DNA from: an uncultured Gammaproteobacteria bacterium | GTDB taxonomy: Bacteria > Patescibacteriota > Microgenomatia > UBA8517 | Assembly (NCBI GenBank): GCA_964600575.1 | Contig: CAZRJH010000002.1 | Location: 124,298-188,297, forward strand | Reading direction: 5' to 3' | DNA: 64,000 bases | In this document: piece by piece, positions 55,442 through 64,000 of the stretch | How the letters are laid out: every line of letters begins with the position of its first letter | How positions within the stretch are numbered: the stretch's first letter is position 1 | Notes under the pieces: model-generated | Told to the model about the DNA's origin: nothing | Databases searched by the model: none | The model's input: only the letters and a program-made list of their open reading frames with translations | Program-made: the position numbers and the translations under genes

Positions 55442-58156
55442 ATGGCAGGTGGACCCGAACAGGGCGGAATGGACCCCAAACTAGAAGAAGCTCTCAAAAT
55501 GGAGATGTCTTTGCGTAACGAACAATCTAGGGGCATGTATTTGTCCGATTTGGACAGATTTAAAAAGAGTCTTACCGAACTAGATATGGCCAAAACAGAG
55601 GAGGAGAGAGAAATGGCCAGGGAGCGTGCCTACGAGCATTTTGACGAGATCAAAAAACAAGAGCTGGGTCACCTTGAATTTATAACAGACAAACATATGA
55701 GTTTTGAGTTTGCGTTCCCTTACGACTCCAGACAAGGCGCTGTCTGGTTTATGGCAATGCGAAGGGATTTAGAGGATACGCTTGCCCTAGACGAAGACCA
55801 TGGAGGGTTCAAAGAAGATAGTGAGGCTAGAAAGTGGGTAGAAAACTTATATGACGCTGTTGTTTGGGGTGATGGAAATTATGGTGTACAGGAAGGCTTG
55901 AATACAATTAATTATTACTTCGGAGGATTCGACGCAATGGCTGCAGGGCTTCAGTCAATGAAACTTAGAATCACATCCACAAAGATGGCGGATGCAAACT
56001 CCAGAGATGTTAGAGGTGCTGGTTCAAATGAAAAAAGTGCAGAAGGTCTAATGGTAGCGAAAGGAAAGGTTTTGGGTAGTAAAAAGCTTGAAGTTCCTCA
56101 TACATACTTCGATAAAAAACTAAAGAAGAAGGTTACCGAAACAAGACAGGTCGATTGGTTAGTTAAACAAAAAGAGGCGGTTGAAAATATTAGGGAAATT
56201 GGCGTAAGCGGACAAGACGAGTTTTATTATTGGAGAAATCTTGTTGCAGCAGTTGCTCAGTATGATTATGCACAGCCCAACAAGGATGGCTTAATGCGTG
56301 CCAATAAGGTTAGACAAGGACTGGAGGTTGATTTTGTGGTTCAGCTTTTTGGCAAAAAAGAAGCTGACGGAAGGACTCCAAAGATGGTTGCTAGTGAAAA
56401 AGGTGTGGCTCCTGACTCAATCTTAAGTTTCTTTACAATGGCTGACACAAAGAAAAACAGACGTGAATACAGGCAGCTTATGATGGCTTTAATGGAATGC
56501 AAAGCTATGGATAAGTTAGCTGCGTGCAACGAAGAAACTGATCCCAACAAACCTCCGCGAGTAAACTTGGCCCAAATGCAAGTTTTACTTAACGAGGTTA
56601 AGGATGCTAAAGACAGGATAGCGAAAAGAGAACAAAAGAAGGCTCCTTCTACAGAAGATAGAATCAGATCTGTGGTAGTTAAAAATGGTTTGATTTTTGA
56701 TATTGCTTCGGGCGGCTCCGGTCCTATGGCTTGGCAGTTTGAGTATAAAATGACCAGGAACAAAAGGGGTAAGGATGGCAAGGTAATCCCTGGAACCGGC
56801 AGGATGGTAAGAAGAGTAGATTTTGGAGGCATCAATCAAGCAGGAGATTGGTACACACCTGAGTTTTGGCTACTTCATAACCTTCTCTACGACAAAACAA
56901 GCAGACTCAGGTCCAAAAAAATGCTTGCGACTCCTGATAGGTATCGAAAGGCGGTTCTGCAGGAAAAAAGTCCTTTCGAAAAACCTTTATATTCTCTAGA
57001 AGAAGCTAAAAAAATTGATCCTTGGCAATATAACGAAGTACAAAAAATTGTTGCGGAAGATGATGAGGAGATATTGGTTAGTGGTGACGACGACATGTTT
57101 GATCTTTTTATGGCAGGAGGCCTTAACGAAAAACAAAAGGCCGACATGCGAAAGGCGGGAAGACTCATGAAAGCCGGTGATTGGAGGGAGCAAAATAAAT
57201 TTAGAATAGATCCTGTTATAAGAGAGGCTCTCAAAGACGCAGTTTGGTTCCAGGAAATACCATATCCGATTGGAACCAATTCTGACGGCTCGCCCGTCTT
57301 CCCGCTTTTTGCTACATTTATCCCTCCCAGGTTTAAGATGAGCTTTTTTGACCATGTTAAAACGAGGGATGAAAAAGGAAGGCAGGTTACAATGCAAGAT
57401 AGGCTAAGAAACGCAGACTTAAAGCTTTCTGAAGTTGACTATGAGAACGACCTAAAAGAACATCAGTGGGATAGGTGGCTTGTGAACATGAACATGGGTG
57501 AACGTTTGTTGAGGTTTGCTGCAGAACCGGGTGATCCAAGAGCAGAAGAAGCTATCCTTGGAGGGACCGGAACACTCAAGGAGGGAATCAAAAGAACGGG
57601 ACTTCACAACAGAGACTCGTTTTATGCGTACGAAGTAGAGGTTCCTGATGCAAGTGCTCCCGGAGGTAAACGTAAAGAAACCCGTTATGCACCGGGGTCG
57701 TTTTTTGAATTAGTTTTAGTCGGCCAAATGAATATGTTGCATGCAGTTAAAGGTAATCCAAGAGCGAGAGATGCATCCGACGCAATTCCAACCGACCTTA
57801 TCAGCCCTGCAATAGAGGACGATGAGTTCTCCAACAGGTGGGAGAACATTGTTATGCCTGAGTATATTAATGCGGCTAAGTATTTGACTCCCGACACAGG
57901 CGAAGATGAGGGAACTCCTGAGTTTTACAACGAAACCTTGGCAATATTAATGGCTGTGACGGGCAATTCACTTTTTAGAATGGCACTTGAAGGGGGATCT
58001 AACTCTGTACACGACAAGATGGTTGTCGTTAATCAACTAAGAACAATGAAAGTTGACCGAAAGAAGCGTTTGGTTAAGAGAGGAGCGGTTAACTTTACAG
58101 AGAACAATCCCAATACTCAGCTCTCTGCAAAAGTTGCTTACTCTAGTAGAAAATAA
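55442..58156 (+). CDS. 904-aa soluble orphan protein inside the T4SS locus
   Basis: Long ORF, TATAAT 8 nt upstream, highly charged, no signal peptide or TM, basic C-terminus. Confidence 0.8.
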   Translation: MAGGPEQGGMDPKLEEALKMEMSLRNEQSRGMYLSDLDRFKKSLTELDMAKTEEEREMARERAYEHFDEIKKQELGHLEFITDKHMSFEFAFPYDSRQGAVWFMAMRRDLEDTLALDEDHGGFKEDSEARKWVENLYDAVVWGDGNYGVQEGLNTINYYFGGFDAMAAGLQSMKLRITSTKMADANSRDVRGAGSNEKSAEGLMVAKGKVLGSKKLEVPHTYFDKKLKKKVTETRQVDWLVKQKEAVENIREIGVSGQDEFYYWRNLVAAVAQYDYAQPNKDGLMRANKVRQGLEVDFVVQLFGKKEADGRTPKMVASEKGVAPDSILSFFTMADTKKNRREYRQLMMALMECKAMDKLAACNEETDPNKPPRVNLAQMQVLLNEVKDAKDRIAKREQKKAPSTEDRIRSVVVKNGLIFDIASGGSGPMAWQFEYKMTRNKRGKDGKVIPGTGRMVRRVDFGGINQAGDWYTPEFWLLHNLLYDKTSRLRSKKMLATPDRYRKAVLQEKSPFEKPLYSLEEAKKIDPWQYNEVQKIVAEDDEEILVSGDDDMFDLFMAGGLNEKQKADMRKAGRLMKAGDWREQNKFRIDPVIREALKDAVWFQEIPYPIGTNSDGSPVFPLFATFIPPRFKMSFFDHVKTRDEKGRQVTMQDRLRNADLKLSEVDYENDLKEHQWDRWLVNMNMGERLLRFAAEPGDPRAEEAILGGTGTLKEGIKRTGLHNRDSFYAYEVEVPDASAPGGKRKETRYAPGSFFELVLVGQMNMLHAVKGNPRARDASDAIPTDLISPAIEDDEFSNRWENIVMPEYINAAKYLTPDTGEDEGTPEFYNETLAILMAVTGNSLFRMALEGGSNSVHDKMVVVNQLRTMKVDRKKRLVKRGAVNFTENNPNTQLSAKVAYSSRK

Positions 58157-58205
58157 CTTCTGAAGCTTTTAATCCGGTAAAAAGGTGGTTGGAACAAACA
58201 AGTTT

Positions 58206-60020
58206 TTAGTGTCTTTCTGTCCCACTTTTAACGTTCTTGACGACACTGTCAACTCTATCGCCAACATACCTGTTCTGTCGTAGTTTTTCAACAGATCTCT
58301 GCAAGAAGTCGAGCTTGCTCATGTCAGTTCTATTCGCTTCCCAGTCTCTCATATACTTAGCCAATCCTTCTTGGCTGTTAAGTTTTCTAAGCATTTCCAC
58401 TCTATCACGAGCACCCGATGCGCCATATGCCCAACCGACAGGTGCCAAAGCTTCGCCTATCGCAGTTCCATATGCAAACGGCCTGCCGCTCATAAGACCT
58501 TGCAGGACCTCTGTTGCTTTTGGAATTAATGTAAATAGTACAAAGCTTACACCGAGCATTAAAAGCCCTGTTCCGCCGCCTGTAGAGGCGCTGGCACTCA
58601 AAAGGGGAGGCCATGCAGAGTTGTATACAAAGAATCCTCCAACATTCGCGATTGTGGATTGTCCAAATAAAAAGCCTAATATTCCTGTTCCAAGATTACT
58701 ACCAAGCCCCTCCCAGGCCAAAACAACTCCTTGTTCCAAAAAGACATACGAGAAAAATATTAAAACACTTGTGAGAACAAAAACCCCCAAGTTAGTAGCA
58801 TAACTTCTTAACCAAGCCCCGAATCCGAAACTGGGGAACATGACGCCGGCGACAATTTGAACAGGTGCAAATATAGTTAAAAGAATTATGTTGGTAAAGG
58901 CTTTTAATAGTCCGAACATCGTCTTAAACAATTGAACAATGATTACGATGACTATAACTATAGCCAAAACTATAACTATAATTCCGGTAATAGGGGTTAA
59001 GATTGCAAACAAGGGTGCCAAAATAGTACCAACAACTCCAATGACGGCGGCTCCTAGCACCCCAACTGTTAAGAAGAGAGTAATAATGAGTGATATTGGG
59101 AACAAGACAAGATAAATTAATAAAAGTCCGAGTAGTCCTAACTCGACACCACCACCACCTCCACCAACTCTACCTGCGGTGATGAATTCGAACACAGTGG
59201 AAGCAGAAACGCTTCCACCAAATGGAATAAAGCCTTTTCCTAACAGTGCAAACAAACCATAAAGAACGTACATCAAATCGATCATAAAACCCGCAATAGC
59301 ATAGGAGAAAGTTACTAAAATCAAGGCACCGATTAGCTTGGGAAGTGCTGTTTGCACAGAGATAACAACTTGTGGCGAAATTTTGACTCTAAACATTATC
59401 ATAAATGCAAAAGCGATCGCTGCTATAACAAAAAGACCGAAAGCTAAATCTCTTGATGTTTGCCACATTGCTTGAACAGGTTGTAATGCGTTGAATCCAA
59501 AACCTACAACTTGTGCATGCGCTTCGGGAACTATGCTAAAGTTGTTTACTTTCTGTCGAACATAGTTAACTCCAGACATTGGCCTGTTTTTGTCAAAAAT
59601 TAAACTCAAAAGTGGCTTTTCGGGAGCCTTTGGCCTATTTGCCATTTCCTGAAGTTGTTCCGGTGTTGCCGAAAGTAAGCTGGCACAAGCATTAACATTG
59701 GCTGAGTTTTTAAACAGACAGCTTAAAAGTTTTTGATTGCTGGTTTGATTAACCAAAAAAGAAAGAAGTCCGTAAACAACCCATTGAACCTGGGCTGCGG
59801 TATATCTTTCTCCAAAAATTTCACTTTGGTTGCTGTCGTCGTAAACTTTGGAATACCAATCCTGGAAGCTGGAGTTATACCAAGTGCCAGCTGGGGCAGG
59901 GGTGGGGGCTGCAGCTTTTGCCGCCATAAAAGGCGCAAAAGAAAATAGCATTACCCAAGCTGCCATCAAAGAAATTAAGAACTTTTTTAATAACATGTGA
60001 GATTTAAGAAAGAAAGGCAT
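58206..60020 (-). CDS. VirB6/TrbL-like polytopic T4SS channel protein
   Basis: Signal-like N-terminus, MWQTSRDLAFGLF, LPKLIGALILVTFSYAIAGFMIDL, ILLTIFAPVQI, FGAWLR; multi-TM. Confidence 0.72.
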   Translation of the reverse strand: MPFFLKSHMLLKKFLISLMAAWVMLFSFAPFMAAKAAAPTPAPAGTWYNSSFQDWYSKVYDDSNQSEIFGERYTAAQVQWVVYGLLSFLVNQTSNQKLLSCLFKNSANVNACASLLSATPEQLQEMANRPKAPEKPLLSLIFDKNRPMSGVNYVRQKVNNFSIVPEAHAQVVGFGFNALQPVQAMWQTSRDLAFGLFVIAAIAFAFMIMFRVKISPQVVISVQTALPKLIGALILVTFSYAIAGFMIDLMYVLYGLFALLGKGFIPFGGSVSASTVFEFITAGRVGGGGGGVELGLLGLLLIYLVLFPISLIITLFLTVGVLGAAVIGVVGTILAPLFAILTPITGIIVIVLAIVIVIVIIVQLFKTMFGLLKAFTNIILLTIFAPVQIVAGVMFPSFGFGAWLRSYATNLGVFVLTSVLIFFSYVFLEQGVVLAWEGLGSNLGTGILGFLFGQSTIANVGGFFVYNSAWPPLLSASASTGGGTGLLMLGVSFVLFTLIPKATEVLQGLMSGRPFAYGTAIGEALAPVGWAYGASGARDRVEMLRKLNSQEGLAKYMRDWEANRTDMSKLDFLQRSVEKLRQNRYVGDRVDSVVKNVKSGTERH

Positions 60021-60029
60021 TAAAAGTAT

Positions 60030-60131
60030 TATATAGCAAACTCAGAATAAAATGGAATTTTTTCAGCTTGTATTCTGAGTTTGATATATAGAAACTCTGT
60101 GCTTGTCAAACAAAATTTTCTGAAATTTTGT
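60030..60131. repeat. Two inverted repeats upstream of the virB6-like gene
   Basis: TATATA-g-CAAACTCAGAATA...TATTCTGAGTTTG-a-TATATA (60030-60090); ACAAAATTT-tctg-AAATTTTGT (60110-60131). Confidence 0.8.
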
Positions 60132-60169
60132 ATTAAAGTGACTATATCAACTTGTGTTTGTATTTAAAA

Positions 60170-62839
60170 TCAGTTTCCGTGAGCAACATCCCAGACACAA
60201 GCATTGTGACTCTGGCTTGAATAACGGTTGCTGATTGTTTCGCAGGTATCTCCAACAGGGCAGGCGGCAGCTAGTCCTCCCAAAGCACATCCATTTTCCA
60301 CAGTCATACACATACTTGTATAACCGCTTTCGTAGACTTTTATGGCAGACTCGTATTGTTCATCCGTCCAGCTACAAGAGGAGGGTACGGGCGCACTTAG
60401 TTTTATTCCAAAACAAGTTGGGGGAAGGCCGCCGCCGCCATCTGCACTGTCGTGAAGGTTATAGGCCGCCGCGAATATTGCATCCAACAAATTACATTGA
60501 CTAAATTCTTTTCTGGCAGGATCGATTTTTTGCAGGTCGGCTTTTATTTTGGGAACTGTTCTTTCGAAAACGGTTCCGTTAAAGCCCATAAAATGATCAT
60601 CTCCGGTCTCATTACATCCAGGAATCTTGGTGCATGTTGCCCAATTTTTAACATTTTGATCCGTCCATTCGTATCTTCCTGGGTTAAAAAGACCTTCTCC
60701 AAACATTTGAGCCACTAATAAATTTGGCGGTACCTTGTATGTTTGTGCAGCCGCAGAAATAATATCTTCCAGTGACTTGGGTAAGTTTCCAACTCTGGAG
60801 CTTACCCCTCCTAATTGACAAGAACCCGAGGCTTTGGGGAGTTCCGGAAGCTCTCCGCAAACAACATTTGTGCAGGATTGTCCGTTAACAGGCTGAGCTC
60901 CGCCGTAACCTTTTGGCCTTAAAGCTGTTTGGATTCCGTTTAAAAAATATTCTAAAACTCCCCCGTAATGCGGGTAGAAAACTTTTGCTTCTAAAGCATC
61001 CGTCTTGTTTGCAAACGATCCCATGCGGCTGTCATCGGGAAGTATCACCTGTGTAAGCCTTATTCCCTGACTACTTGGATCGGTAATTTTATAAGTTGCT
61101 TTGGATTCGGCAGGAATATCTGCAATACAAGACACAGGAGCATTCGCACCTGTTTTTGGGTACATTCTTCTAAATATTGCGTCAGGACCTGCTACAGTGT
61201 TATTCCATATTTCGTCCGCAAATGGGGTTTTGCTTACAGTAGGGATTGTTGCGTAAACTTCGGATTCACAAGTTGCAACCATTTCACAAACCGTTTGACC
61301 ATATGTTGGGCTTGTGGGATTGTTGTCTTCTCGACATTCTTCGTGTGGTTCACTACACTGAATTTCGCCGACATCGTATTGGACATCAACTTCTATCCAT
61401 TTTTTGGGAGACTCAAAGTTAACATCGTCCCCGGGGTTGCTTCTGGAATTTAATATTTTACAAGGGGCTCTGTTAACTTCGACATCGCTCAAGCTTGAAG
61501 CCGCGGCGTTTGAAGAACCACCAGCCGGTGCCATTGGAACGAAGGTCTTTTTTAACAAGCTGGTAAGTTCGTTGTTTTCGTCTGCATGGGGAAACCACTG
61601 ACGAAATGCCGGTTTGATAATTTGGTAGTCCGATTCTACTATTTCGGCTTTGGCTGCACTCACATGTGCAAAAAGAACCATATGTCCTCCTGGTATGTCT
61701 CTATTGTTGGCAAGGGGGATGTAGGGGAATAGGTCAGCATATTTATTGGGAACGAGCAAATTTTCGAAACAGGCAAGTCTATCGATAATCGGAAGAATAA
61801 AACAGGTTTGACCCCTCCATTCGTAATATGCTTTTTGATAATCTACATTTCTTGCGAACGGTTTTCCTGTGCCATCATCCCAAGGAAGCGGCGGTCGTCT
61901 AAGATTCCAGTGGTTACCGATTGAAGCTTCGATTGCACCCGTAGAAACAAAAGGAAAGAGAACATTGTAAGCATTTACTGCGGTCCTGATGGTGGCGTTT
62001 GATAAAACATTAAATATGGATAAATTACCGTTCCAGTCTTTGAGTCTGTAAACATCGCCGCTTGCCCCGGCACCTCCGCCTTTGTAACACTCCTTAGGGG
62101 TTGTTTTACCGACATTAAACAGGTCTACAATCCAGCCCAAAAGGCCACCTCCGCCTTCACCTGCACAAACTACAATTTGATTGTGGTTCATTTTGTCGGG
62201 CGAAGATTCGCCTGTTTCGTCGTCTGTTGCGCTTGTCGATTCGTCGGGGGATTCTATTGTTTTTACTCTTGCAGCGTCTTGAATTACAGAAGGTAGGAGT
62301 CTCCTAAGAGGCCCGGAATAGTTAACTTGTTGGGAGATGTCGCTTTTTGGGTATTCCGCTTTGTCGCTGACACCGTTAAGGTACCAAGCAACATAGTCGT
62401 TAACTTTTGTTCCGTCGTCCATTGTGCCAGTGCCATTAACGCTATTAGAAGTTAACTCTGTGTTTCCCATGATAGGGAGTTCCGCATCCAACATTTCTAC
62501 AGCAATCTTCTTTTCGTAGTGAGTTATTGTTGGGGTGCATGTTGGATCGCCTTTGTAAGGACATTTGACTGTGTTTAGATATATAACTACAGCGTTTCCG
62601 CACCAATAAGTTTTTGGAGCATCGCCACAAGGAGAGGCTTGGTATGGGCGACCACTACTGTATTCGGGATTCTTTTCGTCTTCACAGGGAATGTTTCCTG
62701 ATCTTGGAATTGCATCGGCCGCATTGAGCGTGTTTATTTGGAGCGTTAAAAAAACAAAAGCAACACCAAGAACTAAAGTTGTTAACGAATAAAGCAAACT
62801 AATAAGTTTTTCCGGTTTTTGGAGTTTTTTGTTCTGCAT
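60170..62839 (-). CDS. Large Cys-rich exported protein with C-terminal lysozyme/SLT-like domain
   Basis: N-terminal TM/signal; many Cys; DIISAAAQTYKVPPNLLVAQMFGEG...LLDAIFAAAYNL. Confidence 0.62.
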   Translation of the reverse strand: MQNKKLQKPEKLISLLYSLTTLVLGVAFVFLTLQINTLNAADAIPRSGNIPCEDEKNPEYSSGRPYQASPCGDAPKTYWCGNAVVIYLNTVKCPYKGDPTCTPTITHYEKKIAVEMLDAELPIMGNTELTSNSVNGTGTMDDGTKVNDYVAWYLNGVSDKAEYPKSDISQQVNYSGPLRRLLPSVIQDAARVKTIESPDESTSATDDETGESSPDKMNHNQIVVCAGEGGGGLLGWIVDLFNVGKTTPKECYKGGGAGASGDVYRLKDWNGNLSIFNVLSNATIRTAVNAYNVLFPFVSTGAIEASIGNHWNLRRPPLPWDDGTGKPFARNVDYQKAYYEWRGQTCFILPIIDRLACFENLLVPNKYADLFPYIPLANNRDIPGGHMVLFAHVSAAKAEIVESDYQIIKPAFRQWFPHADENNELTSLLKKTFVPMAPAGGSSNAAASSLSDVEVNRAPCKILNSRSNPGDDVNFESPKKWIEVDVQYDVGEIQCSEPHEECREDNNPTSPTYGQTVCEMVATCESEVYATIPTVSKTPFADEIWNNTVAGPDAIFRRMYPKTGANAPVSCIADIPAESKATYKITDPSSQGIRLTQVILPDDSRMGSFANKTDALEAKVFYPHYGGVLEYFLNGIQTALRPKGYGGAQPVNGQSCTNVVCGELPELPKASGSCQLGGVSSRVGNLPKSLEDIISAAAQTYKVPPNLLVAQMFGEGLFNPGRYEWTDQNVKNWATCTKIPGCNETGDDHFMGFNGTVFERTVPKIKADLQKIDPARKEFSQCNLLDAIFAAAYNLHDSADGGGGLPPTCFGIKLSAPVPSSCSWTDEQYESAIKVYESGYTSMCMTVENGCALGGLAAACPVGDTCETISNRYSSQSHNACVWDVAHGN

Positions 62840-62852
62840 CTGGCATCTTGTT

Positions 62853-63137
62853 TTATCTGAGCATCAAGTTGAATTGTGTAAGATTGCGGACACCTGTTAT
62901 GTTTCCAATGATAACTAAAACAAGGAAGGAGAGGAGTATGACTATAAGGCCTCCGATTGCGTAAGTCATTGTTTTTTGTGCCCCTTCGATTGCCTTTGGA
63001 TCTCCTCCGGAGGTGATATATTTGATTCCTCCCATAACCAGAAAAACAAATAGGATTATTCCTGCAAAAGTAAGAAAGCTTCTAACTAGACTCTCAAATA
63101 TTTTACTGAGGTCCGATATGGTGGCTATTCCATTCAT
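62853..63137 (-). CDS. VirB2/TrbC-like T4SS pilin
   Basis: GGIKYITSGGDPKAIEGAQKTMTYAIGGL between two TM helices. Confidence 0.85.
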   Translation of the reverse strand: MNGIATISDLSKIFESLVRSFLTFAGIILFVFLVMGGIKYITSGGDPKAIEGAQKTMTYAIGGLIVILLSFLVLVIIGNITGVRNLTQFNLMLR

Positions 63138-63189
63138 AACAACAATTTTATTACAAACGAAACTTTAAAGCTATATCTACAAAAAGAGA

Positions 63190-63519
63190 TTATACAGAGG
63201 GGATAACCAAGGAGAAGATATCGATGTGGAAGAATGTGTTGATTAAAGCAACAATTGCCCAGGCTGCGAAAACTATAACCAAGCCTACTAAAGCTGCTGT
63301 AATTTGATTTCTAGCAGACTCCGTTTGAGCTTTGTCTCCGCCTGAAGCAATCCATTTGATACCTCCAATGACCAAAATAAAGAAGAAGACGATAGCTGCT
63401 ACAACTACTGTGAGTCTGATTAATGCCGAAATAAGACCAGGAATAGTAAGTTTGGCCAAAGGAGCAAACTGGGTTCCTTCACCCGGCTGCAAATTAATTT
63501 GTGCTAAAAGGTTGTTCAT
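63190..63519 (-). CDS. VirB2/TrbC-like T4SS pilin
   Basis: GGIKWIASGGDKAQTESARNQITAALVGL. Confidence 0.85.
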   Translation of the reverse strand: MNNLLAQINLQPGEGTQFAPLAKLTIPGLISALIRLTVVVAAIVFFFILVIGGIKWIASGGDKAQTESARNQITAALVGLVIVFAAWAIVALINTFFHIDIFSLVIPSV

Positions 63520-63526
63520 ATGTATA

Positions 63527-63874
63527 TTATCGAATCCCTAGTGCCGCAATGTCAAGAGTCAGAATGTGTATATGGAAGAACGACTCTATAACTTTAATTA
63601 ATGCGAAAGCTGCAAAAGCCAAAACCATGCCTACCAAAGCGTTTGTAATCCTTGCTCGGGCGGTTTCAAGTGCTTGTTTGTCTCCGTTAGACGAAATCCA
63701 TTGGATTGATCCCAAGATGAGCATGAAGAAAAAGATAACTGAGCCGATTAAAAAGGCCATGCCAATAGCGGCCGGAACGGCTTTTTGAAAATAACTCTCA
63801 CCTGTGTTGTTTTCTAGTTGTCCAAGTGCAGGATTGCCGATTACCCCCGATGCTGCTGCTATTAAGTTGTTCAT
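63527..63874 (-). CDS. VirB2/TrbC-like T4SS pilin
   Basis: GSIQWISSNGDKQALETARARITNALVGM. Confidence 0.85.
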   Translation of the reverse strand: MNNLIAAASGVIGNPALGQLENNTGESYFQKAVPAAIGMAFLIGSVIFFFMLILGSIQWISSNGDKQALETARARITNALVGMVLAFAAFALIKVIESFFHIHILTLDIAALGIR

Positions 63875-63879
63875 ATTTG

Positions 63880-64000
63880 TTAGTTAGTAATAAGCTCGAA
63901 CATTGCCCCCACATCTAATATGTTGGGGAGCCCCATAAATGATCCGACTAAGTTTATTATAAAGATTGCAGATACGACAACAACAACTCCTATAATTGCA
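63880..64000 (-). CDS. Probable fourth pilin, 3' end only
   Basis: AIIGVVVVVSAIFIINLVGSFMGLPNILDVGAMFELITN* matches the second TM of the neighbouring pilins. Confidence 0.6.
   Translation of the reverse strand, partial: AIIGVVVVVSAIFIINLVGSFMGLPNILDVGAMFELITN

Noticed and set aside
46524-58803. Long antisense ORFs (46524-47207, 53912-54502, 56341-56835, 58237-58803)
   Set aside because: They lie fully opposite longer, better-supported genes and have no motifs; typical codon-bias shadows
47553-64000. Integrative conjugative element or prophage
   Set aside because: No integrase, relaxase, att repeat or phage structural genes seen; the locus overlaps dnaN directly. The right end is outside the window, so it is not fully excluded
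1-64000. Alternative genetic code (TGA=Gly, as in Gracilibacteria/Absconditabacteria)
   Set aside because: Conserved genes such as dnaA and dnaN end at TGA at their expected lengths and ORFs are unbroken under code 11

Overview
AT-rich chromosomal window of a reduced-genome bacterium. Gene content (short MetRS/ValRS, FemX pair, VanW, PEGA, DUF4012-like protein, TrpR-like protein, PrgI/VirB4/pilin cluster) points to Patescibacteria/CPR, Microgenomates-like (inference); TGA is read as stop. It spans the replication origin region (jag-yidC-yidD-rnpA-rpmH <> dnaA-oriC-dnaN). To the left are housekeeping, envelope, heat-shock (two CIRCE operators) and t6A genes, plus tRNA-Cys with a duplicated 3' end. 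To the right is a ~16.5 kb type IV secretion-like locus with no relaxase in view (VirB4, PrgI, VirB6-like, at least 4 pilins). It carries three unusual large proteins: a 948-aa membrane protein with a C-terminal HEXXH zincin, an 889-aa Cys-rich protein with a lysozyme/SLT-like tail, and an oppositely oriented 904-aa orphan. The main non-coding observations are a very compact valS T-box with an apparently ultrashort K-turn Stem I and a GUC specifier, a recurring -10 box 5-8 nt before start codons (leaderless-like genes), and a triple palindromic repeat after pcrA. All calls come from reading motifs by eye; no database searches or folding were run.
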